From: a virus
Lineage: Duplodnaviria > Caudoviricetes
Strand: one strand, 5' to 3'
IMG/VR virus record: IMGVR_UViG_3300044608_000441
Coordinates: 1-35,112 of that record
Length of the DNA stretch: 35,112 nt
Part shown: positions 1 to 9,287 of the stretch, one piece after another
How the letters are laid out: every line of letters starts with the position of its first letter
Position numbering within the stretch: the stretch's first letter is position 1
Position numbers and translations under genes: made by a program
The notes under the pieces: generated by a model
Told to the model about the DNA's origin: nothing
The model's input: the letters and a program-made list of their open reading frames with translations, nothing else
Database searches by the model: none

Positions 1-1
1 T

Positions 2-1930
2 AGTAGCACCGCTTACTGCTGGGGCGCTCCATTTGATGCCACTTGTTTGCGTAGAATCTGCAGTGAGAACATATGTATCAGTTCCAACTGCTAATCTTCC
101 TATTGTATCACTTGCAGTTCCTACGAGTAAGTCACCCTTTGCATCTATAGTAGATACTGTTAATGCATTGGCAACACTAAATGGTGTCCAAGATAGAACC
201 TCTACAATATCTCCTGCAGTAAGGGCTGAGATACCAGTAATGCTTGAACCATTAGATGCTGTGTAATCATCGCCTCTTGCTAGTAACACACCGTTTAGGT
301 ATACCTGCTCATAACCTGCAGTATAAGAAAGAGTTACTGAGTTATTATCTGCACCATTAAGTGTGGTCTCACCACCTGCTGCAGTCTTACTCCAACGACT
401 AGATGATACTGCTGATGTAATTCCACCCCAAGCAGAACCTGACCATACTTGCATAGCATTAGATACTGTGTTCCAATATAGAGCACCAGCAACTAAAGCA
501 TTACCATCATTATCTAGAGATGGGGCAGTTGCTTTAGCACCTAGGTATCTATCATCAAATGAATCATATGAGGCTGCAGCAGCAGTAGCACTTGCAGCAG
601 CAGCAGCAGCATCGGCTGCAACAGATGGTGCAAAGGAATCTACATAAGCCTTTGTAGCAGCGTGTAAATTTTGAGTAGGAGCACCTGAAAGAGTTAAGGC
701 TCCAGTCATTGTAGAGCCAGCCTTTAGCACTACTGTATCTGAGAAGTTGGCTGTGTCATTAAGAGCAGCAGCAATTTCATTAAGAGTATCTAATGTGCTA
801 GGAGCGCCATCAATAAGGTTAGCAATAGATGTATCTACGTAAGCCTTAGTTGATGCATCTGTATTAGATGTAGGTGTGGCAAGGTTGGTAATCTTTTGGC
901 TGTTTAAAGATACTGAGCCAGTAGGTGCAGCCATCTGGTCAAGACGGTTAGTGCGAACCTGTGTATCAAAGTCAGAGATAGTTGATGCTGTCTGGCTACC
1001 AGTATGGTTAGCACGAGCAAATGGGTCAGCAGTTAATTTGGCTGCAGTAATAGTACCATCAGCAATATCTGCAGCAACGATAGTTCCGTTGACTATATCA
1101 GATGATGTAATAGTTCCTGTAAGGTTTAACTTGCTGTATGAGATAGCAGCAGATGCGCTAATGTCAGCATTTGTAATAGTTCCATCTGCAATCATTGTGC
1201 TAGTTACTGTGCCAGTATCGGCTGCAGTAATTGCGGTTCCTGAAATCTTAGTAGCATCAATAGCAGCGGATGCATTAATGTCTGCGTTAACAATTGTGCC
1301 ATTGGCAATCATTGTTGAGGTAACAGTTCCAGTATCAGTTGTATATACACCGTTAGTTACTGAGCCTGCTGAACCTGATACGTTACCAGTTACGTTACCT
1401 GTCAGGTTACCTGTAAAGGTACCTGCAATAGCACCAGTACCAGTAATGGTTGGGCTAGTTAAAGTCTTGTTAGTTAATGTTTGAGTTCCAGTAAGAGTTA
1501 CTGCTCCAGTAATTGTATTACTTGCAGTATCAATTGTCTTATTGGTAAGAGTCTGTGTATCAGTTGTTCCCACTACGGAACCCGCTAGACCGTGTACTCC
1601 AGAGGCTGCTTCAATGTGTAGGTTGGCTTCACGGTAATCTCTACCAATTGCCATATGTCGTACTTGAGCACCAGCAGAGTGGGCTACTCCAGATGAACCA
1701 TCTCTACCACGAACAATAGTAAGTGTGTTGGTTGAGACAGCCGATACATCTACAATTTCTTCAAGGGCTGTATCAGGGTCAATCACCACCGTAAAAATTT
1801 CACCAGCGGAGATTGTAACTCCACCTAGTAAGGATGTTCCCGATACCACAGTTGCTGTAGTAGCAGAGTTAGTTAACGCTCCAGATAATGTGGTCTGTTG
1901 TGAGCGTGATGAGTATTTGCGTGTTGTCAT
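2..1930 (-). CDS. Tail fibre / tail protein, partial (runs off left edge)
   Basis: Not in the ORF track because it has no stop in the window. ATG at 1930 gives [20 protein letters not shown]..., open to the edge. Thr/Ala/Ser/Gly-rich with fibre-type motifs (TQTLTNKT x2, [44 protein letters not shown]). Directly follows the adaptor gene. Confidence 0.85.
   Translation of the reverse strand, partial: MTTRKYSSRSQQTTLSGALTNSATTATVVSGTSLLGGVTISAGEIFTVVIDPDTALEEIVDVSAVSTNTLTIVRGRDGSSGVAHSAGAQVRHMAIGRDYREANLHIEAASGVHGLAGSVVGTTDTQTLTNKTIDTASNTITGAVTLTGTQTLTNKTLTSPTITGTGAIAGTFTGNLTGNVTGNVSGSAGSVTNGVYTTDTGTVTSTMIANGTIVNADINASAAIDATKISGTAITAADTGTVTSTMIADGTITNADISASAAISYSKLNLTGTITSSDIVNGTIVAADIADGTITAAKLTADPFARANHTGSQTASTISDFDTQVRTNRLDQMAAPTGSVSLNSQKITNLATPTSNTDASTKAYVDTSIANLIDGAPSTLDTLNEIAAALNDTANFSDTVVLKAGSTMTGALTLSGAPTQNLHAATKAYVDSFAPSVAADAAAAAASATAAAASYDSFDDRYLGAKATAPSLDNDGNALVAGALYWNTVSNAMQVWSGSAWGGITSAVSSSRWSKTAAGGETTLNGADNNSVTLSYTAGYEQVYLNGVLLARGDDYTASNGSSITGISALTAGDIVEVLSWTPFSVANALTVSTIDAKGDLLVGTASDTIGRLAVGTDTYVLTADSTQTSGIKWSAPAVSGAT
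1142..1336 (-). repeat. Intragenic 26-codon duplication in tail fibre
   Basis: [26 protein letters not shown] (1259-1336) versus [26 protein letters not shown] (1142-1219). Confidence 0.8.
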
Positions 1931-1938
1931 TTATTTAC

Positions 1939-2856
1939 CTATCGGCTGTAGTGGACTCGAATTGGATACAGAGTTTGTTGTCTCTGAGTTTCCTCGTTGA
2001 GGCGTTGGGTATATAGGGCGTATAGTTGTTTTGTTGCAGTTTGTGAAGCACCATAAGGACGTTTGCTATCTGTCTCATCTGCCTGTGGGCTAACCTGTGC
2101 AGCACGTGCTGGGTCAAGGTAAGTAAGCAAACGATAAGAAGCGCCAAGAACAATTACATCTTTGCAGGATTCTGGCAAACCAGTTTGTGTTGAGAAGTCT
2201 TGAGCATTGGTTGTAAAAGGAACTGGGTCTGTAGAATATACAACTTTAACAGTTCTACCTGGAGTAATATAATCTCCAATGGTTACTGTCTGAGCAGCAT
2301 TACCAAATACGGTAGATGCTTTAGAATCCCAAGACCAGCGACGAACAGGAAGCCACTCTTGAGATGGACCAACTGATTGCCACATAATTGTAAGAATGTT
2401 CTGGATATTTAAATCATCAAAGTCATAGGTTGTTTGAGCGGCATTGAATGTAAAGGTAGTTACTTTAGCAGCATAGATAGTAGAGCCAGCAGCATTAATA
2501 GTATCGTTAATAGCCTTCTTAATTACATAACGTGGAAATGTAGGTGAGATAGTAACCTTAGTATCTGCTGTGTGTGTAGCAGCAGTAGTACCTAGATAAC
2601 CACGACCATATGGAGATACAGTTGCTGTGTTAGCAACACGGTCAAATGAATCTACCCATAACAACTCTTCATCAATCTCAACTACACCTTTACCAAGGTT
2701 TTCAGTAGAGCCTAAAGATAATACAGTAGGAGATGTAGATGGTGATGTTAGAGTAGTTACTGCACTAGTTAAGTGAGTTGCTCTATCTTGTTGGTAAGTA
2801 TAACCTGCAAGGTTAATCTGAACCTCATTGATTAAGTCTGTTAATGTAGTTGTCAA
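1939..2856 (-). CDS. Putative head-tail adaptor / tail tubular protein A-like virion protein (305 aa)
   Basis: Position between head genes and tail fibre. N-terminal helix TLTDLINEV, C-terminal LPESCKDVIVLGASYRLL...LYALYTQRL typical of podovirus adaptors. Function inferred. Confidence 0.55.
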   Translation of the reverse strand: MTTTLTDLINEVQINLAGYTYQQDRATHLTSAVTTLTSPSTSPTVLSLGSTENLGKGVVEIDEELLWVDSFDRVANTATVSPYGRGYLGTTAATHTADTKVTISPTFPRYVIKKAINDTINAAGSTIYAAKVTTFTFNAAQTTYDFDDLNIQNILTIMWQSVGPSQEWLPVRRWSWDSKASTVFGNAAQTVTIGDYITPGRTVKVVYSTDPVPFTTNAQDFSTQTGLPESCKDVIVLGASYRLLTYLDPARAAQVSPQADETDSKRPYGASQTATKQLYALYTQRLNEETQRQQTLYPIRVHYSR

Positions 2857-3128
2857 GAGGCTATGCTCCTTAATGCGTCAATTGCTGATTTGCCAGTAGT
2901 TCCAGCAAGTTCATTACAGATACCATTTAAATCTTTATAAGCAGAAGGTGCTCTACCAGCACTTGCCTTTTTATTTAAGGCTCCAATTATTCCAAGCCCT
3001 GATGTACTAGCCCATTTATTAGCAGCACCTTGTTCATCAAGAAATACTGTTATTGCTGGGTAAGTTCCACCATTGGCTAGGCGATTTAATTCAGCACATA
3101 GAGTGCTACCTGCGGTACCTGTTGGCAT
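2853..3128 (-). CDS. Hypothetical structural-region protein (91 aa)
   Basis: Coupled to neighbours (4-nt overlap). Internal repeat LCAELNRLA / ICNELA. Confidence 0.7.
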   Translation of the reverse strand: MPTGTAGSTLCAELNRLANGGTYPAITVFLDEQGAANKWASTSGLGIIGALNKKASAGRAPSAYKDLNGICNELAGTTGKSAIDALRSIAS

Positions 3129-3136
3129 TGTTTATC

Positions 3137-3877
3137 CTATCTAGGTGTAATGATTTTCTTATCAGGGGTGATAAGTTTTGACTTAGGCTCTTCCTTAGGT
3201 TTACCAAAGAATGCGTTGTAATAATGTTCATCAAATGAGAACCGCTTCATATGTGGGGCTAATGCACCAGTATGAGCATATAGTGGAATCTCTGCTTTAT
3301 CGCATAGGGCAAAGAAGAATATATCTTCACCTATAAACTTAGTTCCTCTACCCATTTCCATAAAAATTTGTCCGTCTTGGGATACTTCACGAACCTTTGG
3401 CACGATACTGCGGTGCATTAATACAAATCCCATACCCGCCGCATCAACCTTAATTAGTTGATTTACTGGCATTGGGTGAACTCTGGTTAATCCAAATCCA
3501 CCCTCATCTCCAACTATAAAGTTAAAGATTGTAGGCATTGGAATCATTAAAGGTTCTTCTGGATTATCTGTAGTAAAATATATTCCAGTAATAATTGGAC
3601 GCTTTTCAGCATCCTTGTTATCCCATAATAATCTAAACTTCTCTGGACTAATTACTACATCTGAGTCTACCCATAGTAGCCATTCGTAATCAGTCTTATC
3701 AAACCAGTAATCAAATACTGTCTGTCTTTGTCTAGCAATCTGGTTGCCCTGACTTCGTAGTGATGTTGCAAACTCTACACCAGACTTTAACATTACATCT
3801 GTTACGCCTTGCATAAACTTGCCATCAACCATACCGTTGTCACACCATACAACTGCTACTGAATCTTTTTTACTCAT
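3137..3877 (-). CDS. GT-A fold (GT2-like) glycosyltransferase
   Basis: IARQRQ...WLLWVDSDVV (DxD motif), VDAAGMGFVLMHRS, GEDIFF, and a terminal H motif (APHMK). Confidence 0.8.
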   Translation of the reverse strand: MSKKDSVAVVWCDNGMVDGKFMQGVTDVMLKSGVEFATSLRSQGNQIARQRQTVFDYWFDKTDYEWLLWVDSDVVISPEKFRLLWDNKDAEKRPIITGIYFTTDNPEEPLMIPMPTIFNFIVGDEGGFGLTRVHPMPVNQLIKVDAAGMGFVLMHRSIVPKVREVSQDGQIFMEMGRGTKFIGEDIFFFALCDKAEIPLYAHTGALAPHMKRFSFDEHYYNAFFGKPKEEPKSKLITPDKKIITPR

Positions 3878-3891
3878 AGTCCCCTATGCCC

Positions 3892-4053
3892 CTATTTCTT
3901 TTTACGTGATACTGCTGCGTTGTCTACTAAGTTTGGATAAGGTCTACCTGCAGCCTTAGCCCTAGCCTTAGCAGCACTCTTCTGTGCTGGTGTTAATTTC
4001 TTAGAAGTCTTCTTAGGATTCTTCTTGTCCCAAAATGCTGTTTTCTTTTTCAC
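3892..4053 (-). CDS. Small basic protein (53 aa)
   Basis: Own translation: GTG 4053, MKKKTAFWDKKNPKKTSKKLTPAQKSAAKARAKAAGRPYPNLVDNAAVSRKKK, TAG 3892-3894. GTGA overlap with the upstream gene. Confidence 0.8.
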   Translation of the reverse strand: MKKKTAFWDKKNPKKTSKKLTPAQKSAAKARAKAAGRPYPNLVDNAAVSRKKK

Positions 4054-4307
4054 CATTTCACCTTATCCGCCCAATATGCTGCAGACATTTTGCCTTTAGC
4101 AATGTTAGCCCTATGACGTGCTTTGAAAGATTTCTGTCTAGCAGTTGGTTTCTTATCACCTGTTACGCCTTGTTGTCCAAAGCGAATAGTCTTAACTTGG
4201 TCACCTGACTTAGCCACTACTACGTGTGACTTAGTTGGATGATTAGGAGTGCGTTTTGGTTTATTAAAACCAGATACTCCTGCTCTCTTTAATCTTGAAT
4301 CCTTCAC
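4050..4307 (-). CDS. Small basic phage protein (85 aa)
   Basis: K/R-rich; KTIRFGQQG...RQKSFKARH...SAAYWADKVKW. Coupled overlaps on both sides. Confidence 0.8.
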   Translation of the reverse strand: MKDSRLKRAGVSGFNKPKRTPNHPTKSHVVVAKSGDQVKTIRFGQQGVTGDKKPTARQKSFKARHRANIAKGKMSAAYWADKVKW

Positions 4308-4447
4308 TTGTTCCCCTTAATTGTTTCTTTTGTCTTAGGGTCAAGGCGGACCTTTTCAGTTCCGTCCTTTCGGAGAATAACAATTACACCGTCTCGCATA
4401 ATTGATTTATTCCAACCGTCGTGACGCTTGCGTTGACCCGATGACAT
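4304..4447 (-). CDS. Small basic protein (47 aa)
   Basis: Own translation MSSGQRKRHDGWNKSIMRDGVIVILRKDGTEKVRLDPKTKETIKGNK. Fills the gap exactly with TAATG and GTGA overlaps. Confidence 0.75.
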   Translation of the reverse strand: MSSGQRKRHDGWNKSIMRDGVIVILRKDGTEKVRLDPKTKETIKGNK

Positions 4448-4605
4448 TACTTTTTCTTCTTTGACATTCCAGCCTGAGATAGGGCAATAGCAACTGCCTG
4501 CTTCTTAGACTTTACCATTTTCTTTGACTTACCAATGTTAAGAGTTCCAGCCTTATACTCTTTCATAACTTTGGAAATCTTTTTCTTTGTTGCTGTTTTT
4601 TTCAT
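4447..4605 (-). CDS. Small Lys-rich protein, DUF6496-like (52 aa)
   Basis: Own translation MKKTATKKKISKVMKEYKAGTLNIGKSKKMVKSKKQAVAIALSQAGMSKKKK. KVMxEyKxGxL...KQAvAIALS pattern. Confidence 0.75.
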   Translation of the reverse strand: MKKTATKKKISKVMKEYKAGTLNIGKSKKMVKSKKQAVAIALSQAGMSKKKK

Positions 4606-4607
4606 TA

Positions 4608-4793
4608 TTATCTTGTCCCTAATCTACGGGCAATACGAGTTTCAGGTATATACATTCCTGGGTATTTTTTCTCAATTGCTTTTTTAGCCTCAGCATTAGC
4701 CTTAGCCATACCTGTATCAGATATTGACTTTTGGTATGCATCAACTGCTGCCTTACCTCTTAATACAGTAGGCTTTGGTTTAGGGGTAGCCAT
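4608..4793 (-). CDS. Small basic protein (61 aa)
   Basis: ORF track; tightly packed in the operon. Confidence 0.7.
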   Translation of the reverse strand: MATPKPKPTVLRGKAAVDAYQKSISDTGMAKANAEAKKAIEKKYPGMYIPETRIARRLGTR

Positions 4794-4794
4794 A

Positions 4795-4914
4795 TTACTT
4801 CTTCTTACCCATTTTCTTCATAACCATCTTCTTGGCTGACTTCTTGGCTGCTTTCTTAGCCATAGCCTTACCTTTTGCTGTGTATGGGAATTTCTTTCCG
4901 TCTACGTTTGGCAT
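4795..4914 (-). CDS. Very Lys-rich microprotein (39 aa)
   Basis: Own translation MPNVDGKKFPYTAKGKAMAKKAAKKSAKKMVMKKMGKKK. TAATG overlap with the upstream gene. Confidence 0.75.
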   Translation of the reverse strand: MPNVDGKKFPYTAKGKAMAKKAAKKSAKKMVMKKMGKKK

Positions 4915-5222
4915 TATATTTGTCCTATCTCTTTCATTACGGCTGCGGCTTTTGGGGTTATATCTCTAGTCTTAGGCATAGTGTCCGCATCATACGCTTT
5001 ACCTAACACTTCTGAAGCCCTATGCGCTTCTTGTACGTGACGCATAGTTGTTCCTGCTGGTTGTATTCCTTGTGCTCTTGCATCTCTATAAGCCTGCAAT
5101 TCAGATGTCCACTTCTTATCTGAAATATCCCTTTTAGCATCTCCAGAGTTCATCTGAAGTCCTAAACCTTTACATCCAAAACATCCATCAATTGCAACTG
5201 GATGATGTTCCCAGTGTTTCAT
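4914..5222 (-). CDS. Hypothetical protein (102 aa), N-terminal His/CxxC
   Basis: HWEHH...CFGCK; GGGG-type RBS upstream. Confidence 0.75.
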   Translation of the reverse strand: MKHWEHHPVAIDGCFGCKGLGLQMNSGDAKRDISDKKWTSELQAYRDARAQGIQPAGTTMRHVQEAHRASEVLGKAYDADTMPKTRDITPKAAAVMKEIGQI

Positions 5223-5230
5223 ATGTCCCC

Positions 5231-5500
5231 TTATGCTGCTGTGAAGTTTGCTTCTGTTACTCCTATGCCACCAGCGATTAGTGCTGCTTTGGTAGCATCA
5301 TTAACTATATGTTTATGACCACCAATGTAAAACTCTTGATATGTTTCCACACTTGGGTCTAGTGGGTAGCGACTGATTCTATATGAACCATTCTGTTTTA
5401 CCACAGAAACACCAACATTCCTTTTATAGAAGTAGAACAAGCGGTGTTTACCCGATGGTCCCTCTTGTACATTAGGTGTTGTAAATATAAAATCTGCCAT
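5231..5500 (-). CDS. Hypothetical virion-region protein (89 aa)
   Basis: AAGGAG RBS; first gene after the capsid gene. Confidence 0.75.
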   Translation of the reverse strand: MADFIFTTPNVQEGPSGKHRLFYFYKRNVGVSVVKQNGSYRISRYPLDPSVETYQEFYIGGHKHIVNDATKAALIAGGIGVTEANFTAA

Positions 5501-5524
5501 TGTTCTCCTTAATGAACTTACTCC

Positions 5525-5552
5525 GTAGCAGGAATATTTCTACTCCTGCCAC
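5525..5552 (-). terminator. Stem-loop after major capsid gene (terminator or mRNA stabiliser)
   Basis: Minus-strand RNA GUGGCAGGAGUA-GAAA-UAUUCCUGCUAC: 12 bp with two G-U pairs and a GNRA loop. No U-tract. Confidence 0.6.
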
Positions 5553-5564
5553 AGCGTCAATCAA

Positions 5565-6521
5565 CTAAGCGATTGATGAACCTGATTCGATTCTGAATAG
5601 TGCCTCTTCACGGTAGCGAGCAAATCCTAATACGCCGTACCAACCCATTGGGCGGTGACGCATCAAGCGGTCAACTACTGGTCCGATAACTACGTGTGGC
5701 TCTTCGGCAACTGCCTCAGCCAACGCTTGCTGTCCACAAACGATTGTGCGGTACACCTTTGCAGATGAAGCACCATCAGTTGCGTTGTACAAACGTGCGG
5801 ACTCTACGAAGTATGCACCTTCGTAAGTTCCGATTTCTCCTGCCCAAATGCGGTCTTGTGAAGAACCGTATTGGTTAGGAAGTAGCCATCCTGCTGAACC
5901 TGTCTCTGCACGAAGGTCGTGTGAAACCTCTGGGTGAATACCAGTCCAGTATAGTGAACCCTTGCGACCAACGGCTTTGTTAGCACGTAGTTTAGCAACG
6001 GCTCTGCGTAGGTTAGCAGATGAAATTGTAGCAGCAGCAGTTACTGTTGCTGTTGAAGTTGCAGTTGAACCTGAGTAGATTACGTTTGAACCGCCACGCA
6101 ATGTTGTCATTGCTACGGAGTCAATAGAATCTGCAAGGTTGAATGCAATAATGTTTGCGATTGCTGGGTCTACATCAGCAAGGCTGAATAGTTCCAACGC
6201 ACGAGTTACCAATACTGAGTTACCGTACTCTGCAAGAGTAATGGTTACTGAGGTTGGTGTTGACATTGCTACTGAATCGACATCATCGTTTTCAGTTAAA
6301 GCAGTTGTCGCTGTTGATAGGTCAACGTAACGTTGTAGAACAACTGTTGAACCTGGGATTGCTTGACGTGCTGGACGCTTATCTGCTACAGAACGAATTA
6401 GGGGTTCTGAACGGAGGGCGAATTCAAGAAGACGGTCATACGCCTTCTGAACTAAACCAGCAGCACCAGCGGTACCTCCAAGAGAGGAACTACCTGTAGT
6501 AGTATAGTTTACTGTTGCCAT
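5565..6521 (-). CDS. Major capsid protein (N4-gp56-like, HK97 fold)
   Basis: 318 aa after the scaffold gene; strong GGAGGTG RBS. Motifs VTITLAEYGN, IHPEVSHDLR, GEIGTYEGAYFVES, DRLMRHRPMGWYG. Confidence 0.9.
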   Translation of the reverse strand: MATVNYTTTGSSSLGGTAGAAGLVQKAYDRLLEFALRSEPLIRSVADKRPARQAIPGSTVVLQRYVDLSTATTALTENDDVDSVAMSTPTSVTITLAEYGNSVLVTRALELFSLADVDPAIANIIAFNLADSIDSVAMTTLRGGSNVIYSGSTATSTATVTAAATISSANLRRAVAKLRANKAVGRKGSLYWTGIHPEVSHDLRAETGSAGWLLPNQYGSSQDRIWAGEIGTYEGAYFVESARLYNATDGASSAKVYRTIVCGQQALAEAVAEEPHVVIGPVVDRLMRHRPMGWYGVLGFARYREEALFRIESGSSIA

Positions 6522-6553
6522 TGTTTGTCACCTCCAAGTGACTATGAACGGAA

Positions 6554-7030
6554 TTATTGTGAGCGAAGTACATCCAATAATGCATCCATCGAATCTGCAT
6601 TATCAATGCGAAGATTTAAGTCTTCTGCTCGGTCTGGGGTCATAGCATTTTGAGTGATTACATCTTGCTGCCTTAAGGCTGCTTTATCTGTCTCACTTAC
6701 TTTAGGCTCCTCAGTAGCAACTGTAATTCCGAATAAATCAGCGTTATCGTCAAGCCAGTTATTAACTGTCTCTTCATTAACATCCTCTAAATCCTTAAGA
6801 ACCAGTCTTGCTGCTTTAAGGTTGACACCCTTTTTTTCTAGGACTTCTTTGACTGTACGCTCACGCTGCACCTTGGATAATCCCTCAAGTTGCTCAGTGA
6901 GTTCTTTGATACGCTTCTCATCATTGCGCTTGGCTTTTCGTAACTTTTTAAGTAAGTCACTTCCATCCAGTTGCACATTGTTGTCGGTATCTAGGTCGTC
7001 TTCGTCTTCATCCCAGTAGTTGTTGCTCAT
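6554..7030 (-). CDS. Capsid scaffolding protein
   Basis: Acidic N-terminus then coiled coil, immediately upstream of the capsid gene. Start reassigned to ATG 7030 (MSNNYWDEDE) with GAAGGGTGG upstream. Confidence 0.75.
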   Translation of the reverse strand: MSNNYWDEDEDDLDTDNNVQLDGSDLLKKLRKAKRNDEKRIKELTEQLEGLSKVQRERTVKEVLEKKGVNLKAARLVLKDLEDVNEETVNNWLDDNADLFGITVATEEPKVSETDKAALRQQDVITQNAMTPDRAEDLNLRIDNADSMDALLDVLRSQ

Positions 7031-7143
7031 AGCAACCCACCCTTCTATTCGTTGTAGTCGCAAGCCTCAGATTCTGGTCGGGGAACCAGCCTGGCTCTTG
7101 CTATCGGTCTAGTACGCTATGTGAGGCCGATAGATTCACATAG
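7022..7143 (-). promoter_or_regulatory. Structured 5' leader of scaffold gene (H-type pseudoknot + hairpins)
   Basis: Stem 7117-7124/7136-7143; its loop (7127-7133) is complementary to 7101-7107. Second stem 7060-7101. Start codon lies in the loop of GTTGCT-ATG-AGCAAC. Confidence 0.55.
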
Positions 7144-7155
7144 GATTCTATTTGT

Positions 7156-8421
7156 TTAAATCATACCTCTGGCTTGAGAAGCAAATGACCTACTACCTGC
7201 TACTCCAGAACGTCTGGAAAATCTTGCTCCTTCACGTTCTGCTAAATCTGCAAGTCTTTGAAGTTCAATAGCATTCTGGTCAAATGTTGCTGACACTGCT
7301 TGCTCTGTTGTGTAAGCCTGTGTTGGGGTTATGCCAGTTTCAAATGATGTTAACCTTTGGGCCTCTGGTAATATTTGCGCTACTCTTCCGAATTGTGGAC
7401 CTGCAGTTTGGAATGTCTGACCCTTAGAAACCAAGTCAGATGCTAGTGCTTCACTTACTTCAATTCCCTGCATACCACCCGCAGCAATTACTCCAGCCTT
7501 CTTGACCGTACGCTCTAATTGCTTTACACCCTCTGGGCCAGTTAATAATGCTTGAGCAAGTTGCGCCCTAGTTGCTGTTGGCAATGTCTTCGCTATCTGT
7601 TGTTTAACTGGGGCTGGTGCATTATCAATTAAATCAAATACATCAGTAATAATTTCAACGCTCTCATCTACTGATTTACCAGTAGCCATAACTGTATTTA
7701 AAAATGTTTCATTTGCTAAGTCACCCAATGCTGAGCGACGAAGAATGTCACCTAGTCTTTGTTGGGACTTTATATACTCTGCAATAGTTGGAACATCAAT
7801 CGCTTCACCCTTAGCACGACGTTCTTGCAGTTTAAATATACCACTGAATCGGTTTGTAAACTCTGGTATAGATTTTTCTTGTTGTGCTTGATATAGTGAA
7901 AGATTAATTGCATCCTGTATGGTTGCTCCATCTTTATAGAATCCAGAAACTAATCTATATAGTTCAGATACATAAGGCTTAGATGCCTCTTCTTTACCCA
8001 TAAGCAATGATAGAGTATTAATAAAAAAGTCTCTGGCGAGTACTGGGCCAGTAACTGTTGGAGTAAGGGTATTACTTACTGGAGTTACTTGTGTGTTAGG
8101 TTGAGTTACTGTTGACGTTTTTGGTTTTGCTACATTAGTGTTTGGGTCATAATCATACCCAAGGGTTTCATATTGAGTTGTAACCTGCTCCGTTAATTTG
8201 TCGGTAGAAGCAAAAGCCTTTTCAAATGCCGCTCTAACCTTAGGGTCTTTAATTTCAGATAACTGTGAACGCATTCCCTCGTAAGTAGGTTTAGATGTAT
8301 CAGCGACTGGATTGGTAATGTTTCTTACAACATCAACTGGACTTGGTTGTGCGTTTAGTGCTGCAAGTTGACGCTCTAAATCTTTCGCTAACTTGTCTGC
8401 CTCTGTTTGTTTCCTGGCCAT
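7156..8421 (-). CDS. Putative internal virion (ejection) protein (421 aa)
   Basis: Helical Ala/Gln-rich protein between portal and scaffold genes. Function from context only. Confidence 0.5.
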   Translation of the reverse strand: MARKQTEADKLAKDLERQLAALNAQPSPVDVVRNITNPVADTSKPTYEGMRSQLSEIKDPKVRAAFEKAFASTDKLTEQVTTQYETLGYDYDPNTNVAKPKTSTVTQPNTQVTPVSNTLTPTVTGPVLARDFFINTLSLLMGKEEASKPYVSELYRLVSGFYKDGATIQDAINLSLYQAQQEKSIPEFTNRFSGIFKLQERRAKGEAIDVPTIAEYIKSQQRLGDILRRSALGDLANETFLNTVMATGKSVDESVEIITDVFDLIDNAPAPVKQQIAKTLPTATRAQLAQALLTGPEGVKQLERTVKKAGVIAAGGMQGIEVSEALASDLVSKGQTFQTAGPQFGRVAQILPEAQRLTSFETGITPTQAYTTEQAVSATFDQNAIELQRLADLAEREGARFSRRSGVAGSRSFASQARGMI

Positions 8422-9287
8422 TATACTCCAAATCCAAGTGCTCTACCAAGTTCATTTGCTGCGTCTATAGCATTATTGATTTCTGCTCTGGTCTTATCTC
8501 TATTTGGGTGCTTAAGTGCAGCACGGGTTGCATCACCTACAGATACTGGTGGCACCTTGCCGATGACGCCATCTGGTCTAATCAACTTATCAATAAATGG
8601 GTCATTTAAATTAAGAGTATCAATATCAACTTCCCAGGCATCTGCAATTGCTCTTAATACTGGATTAACTAAATCTCTTACAGTTGCCCCAGGTGTCGTC
8701 TTGAGACGTTCTGCATATTGTGGATATTCAGCAGCAGCCCTGGCTGCTAATTGAGTCTTATAATCGTTTGCGCTAATCTTGCCACTAGCAATTTGCTTAG
8801 CAGCCTCTTGAATTTCTACCTCAGATACAGTACTTAAGTTAAATCCTCTAGCAATATTACGAGCCTCAGTAAGTGCATTTAGGGATTTGGCTCCAAGAGT
8901 AGCCTCATCTTTAAAGTTTATCTTTGACCAGATAAAATCTCTAGTAAAAGACTTTGGGTCAAAGAAAGATGGATACTTAGTGGTGACAATATTTCTAACG
9001 GTTGCAGCAATGTCTTCAGTTTTGCCAGACGGAGTAGTATCTTTAGCCTCACGGACAACGGTGTCTAATTGTTCGTTAGCCTTTTTGTTATAGGCTGCAA
9101 CAAATGCCGCTATATCTTCTTTACTAAATTGACCAGTAAACTGAACATCTTCAGCAATGCTTTGAAGCAATTGTTTGGCTGCTGTAGGGGTAAGTTTAAT
9201 GGCTTCCCTAGATATACTTTTTCCAGTGTCACCTTGTTTTGATTGTGCAACTAAAGCATTTAACGCTGCCTCTTGTTCTGGGGTCAT
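8421..9287 (-). CDS. Putative internal virion protein (288 aa)
   Basis: Coupled to both neighbours; helical composition. Confidence 0.5.
   Translation of the reverse strand: MTPEQEAALNALVAQSKQGDTGKSISREAIKLTPTAAKQLLQSIAEDVQFTGQFSKEDIAAFVAAYNKKANEQLDTVVREAKDTTPSGKTEDIAATVRNIVTTKYPSFFDPKSFTRDFIWSKINFKDEATLGAKSLNALTEARNIARGFNLSTVSEVEIQEAAKQIASGKISANDYKTQLAARAAAEYPQYAERLKTTPGATVRDLVNPVLRAIADAWEVDIDTLNLNDPFIDKLIRPDGVIGKVPPVSVGDATRAALKHPNRDKTRAEINNAIDAANELGRALGFGV

Noticed and set aside
33-2000. Plus-strand ORFs 33-266, 363-647, 876-1484, 1725-2000
   Set aside because: Antisense shadows of the minus-strand tail fibre gene, which the track omitted because it lacks a stop in the window.
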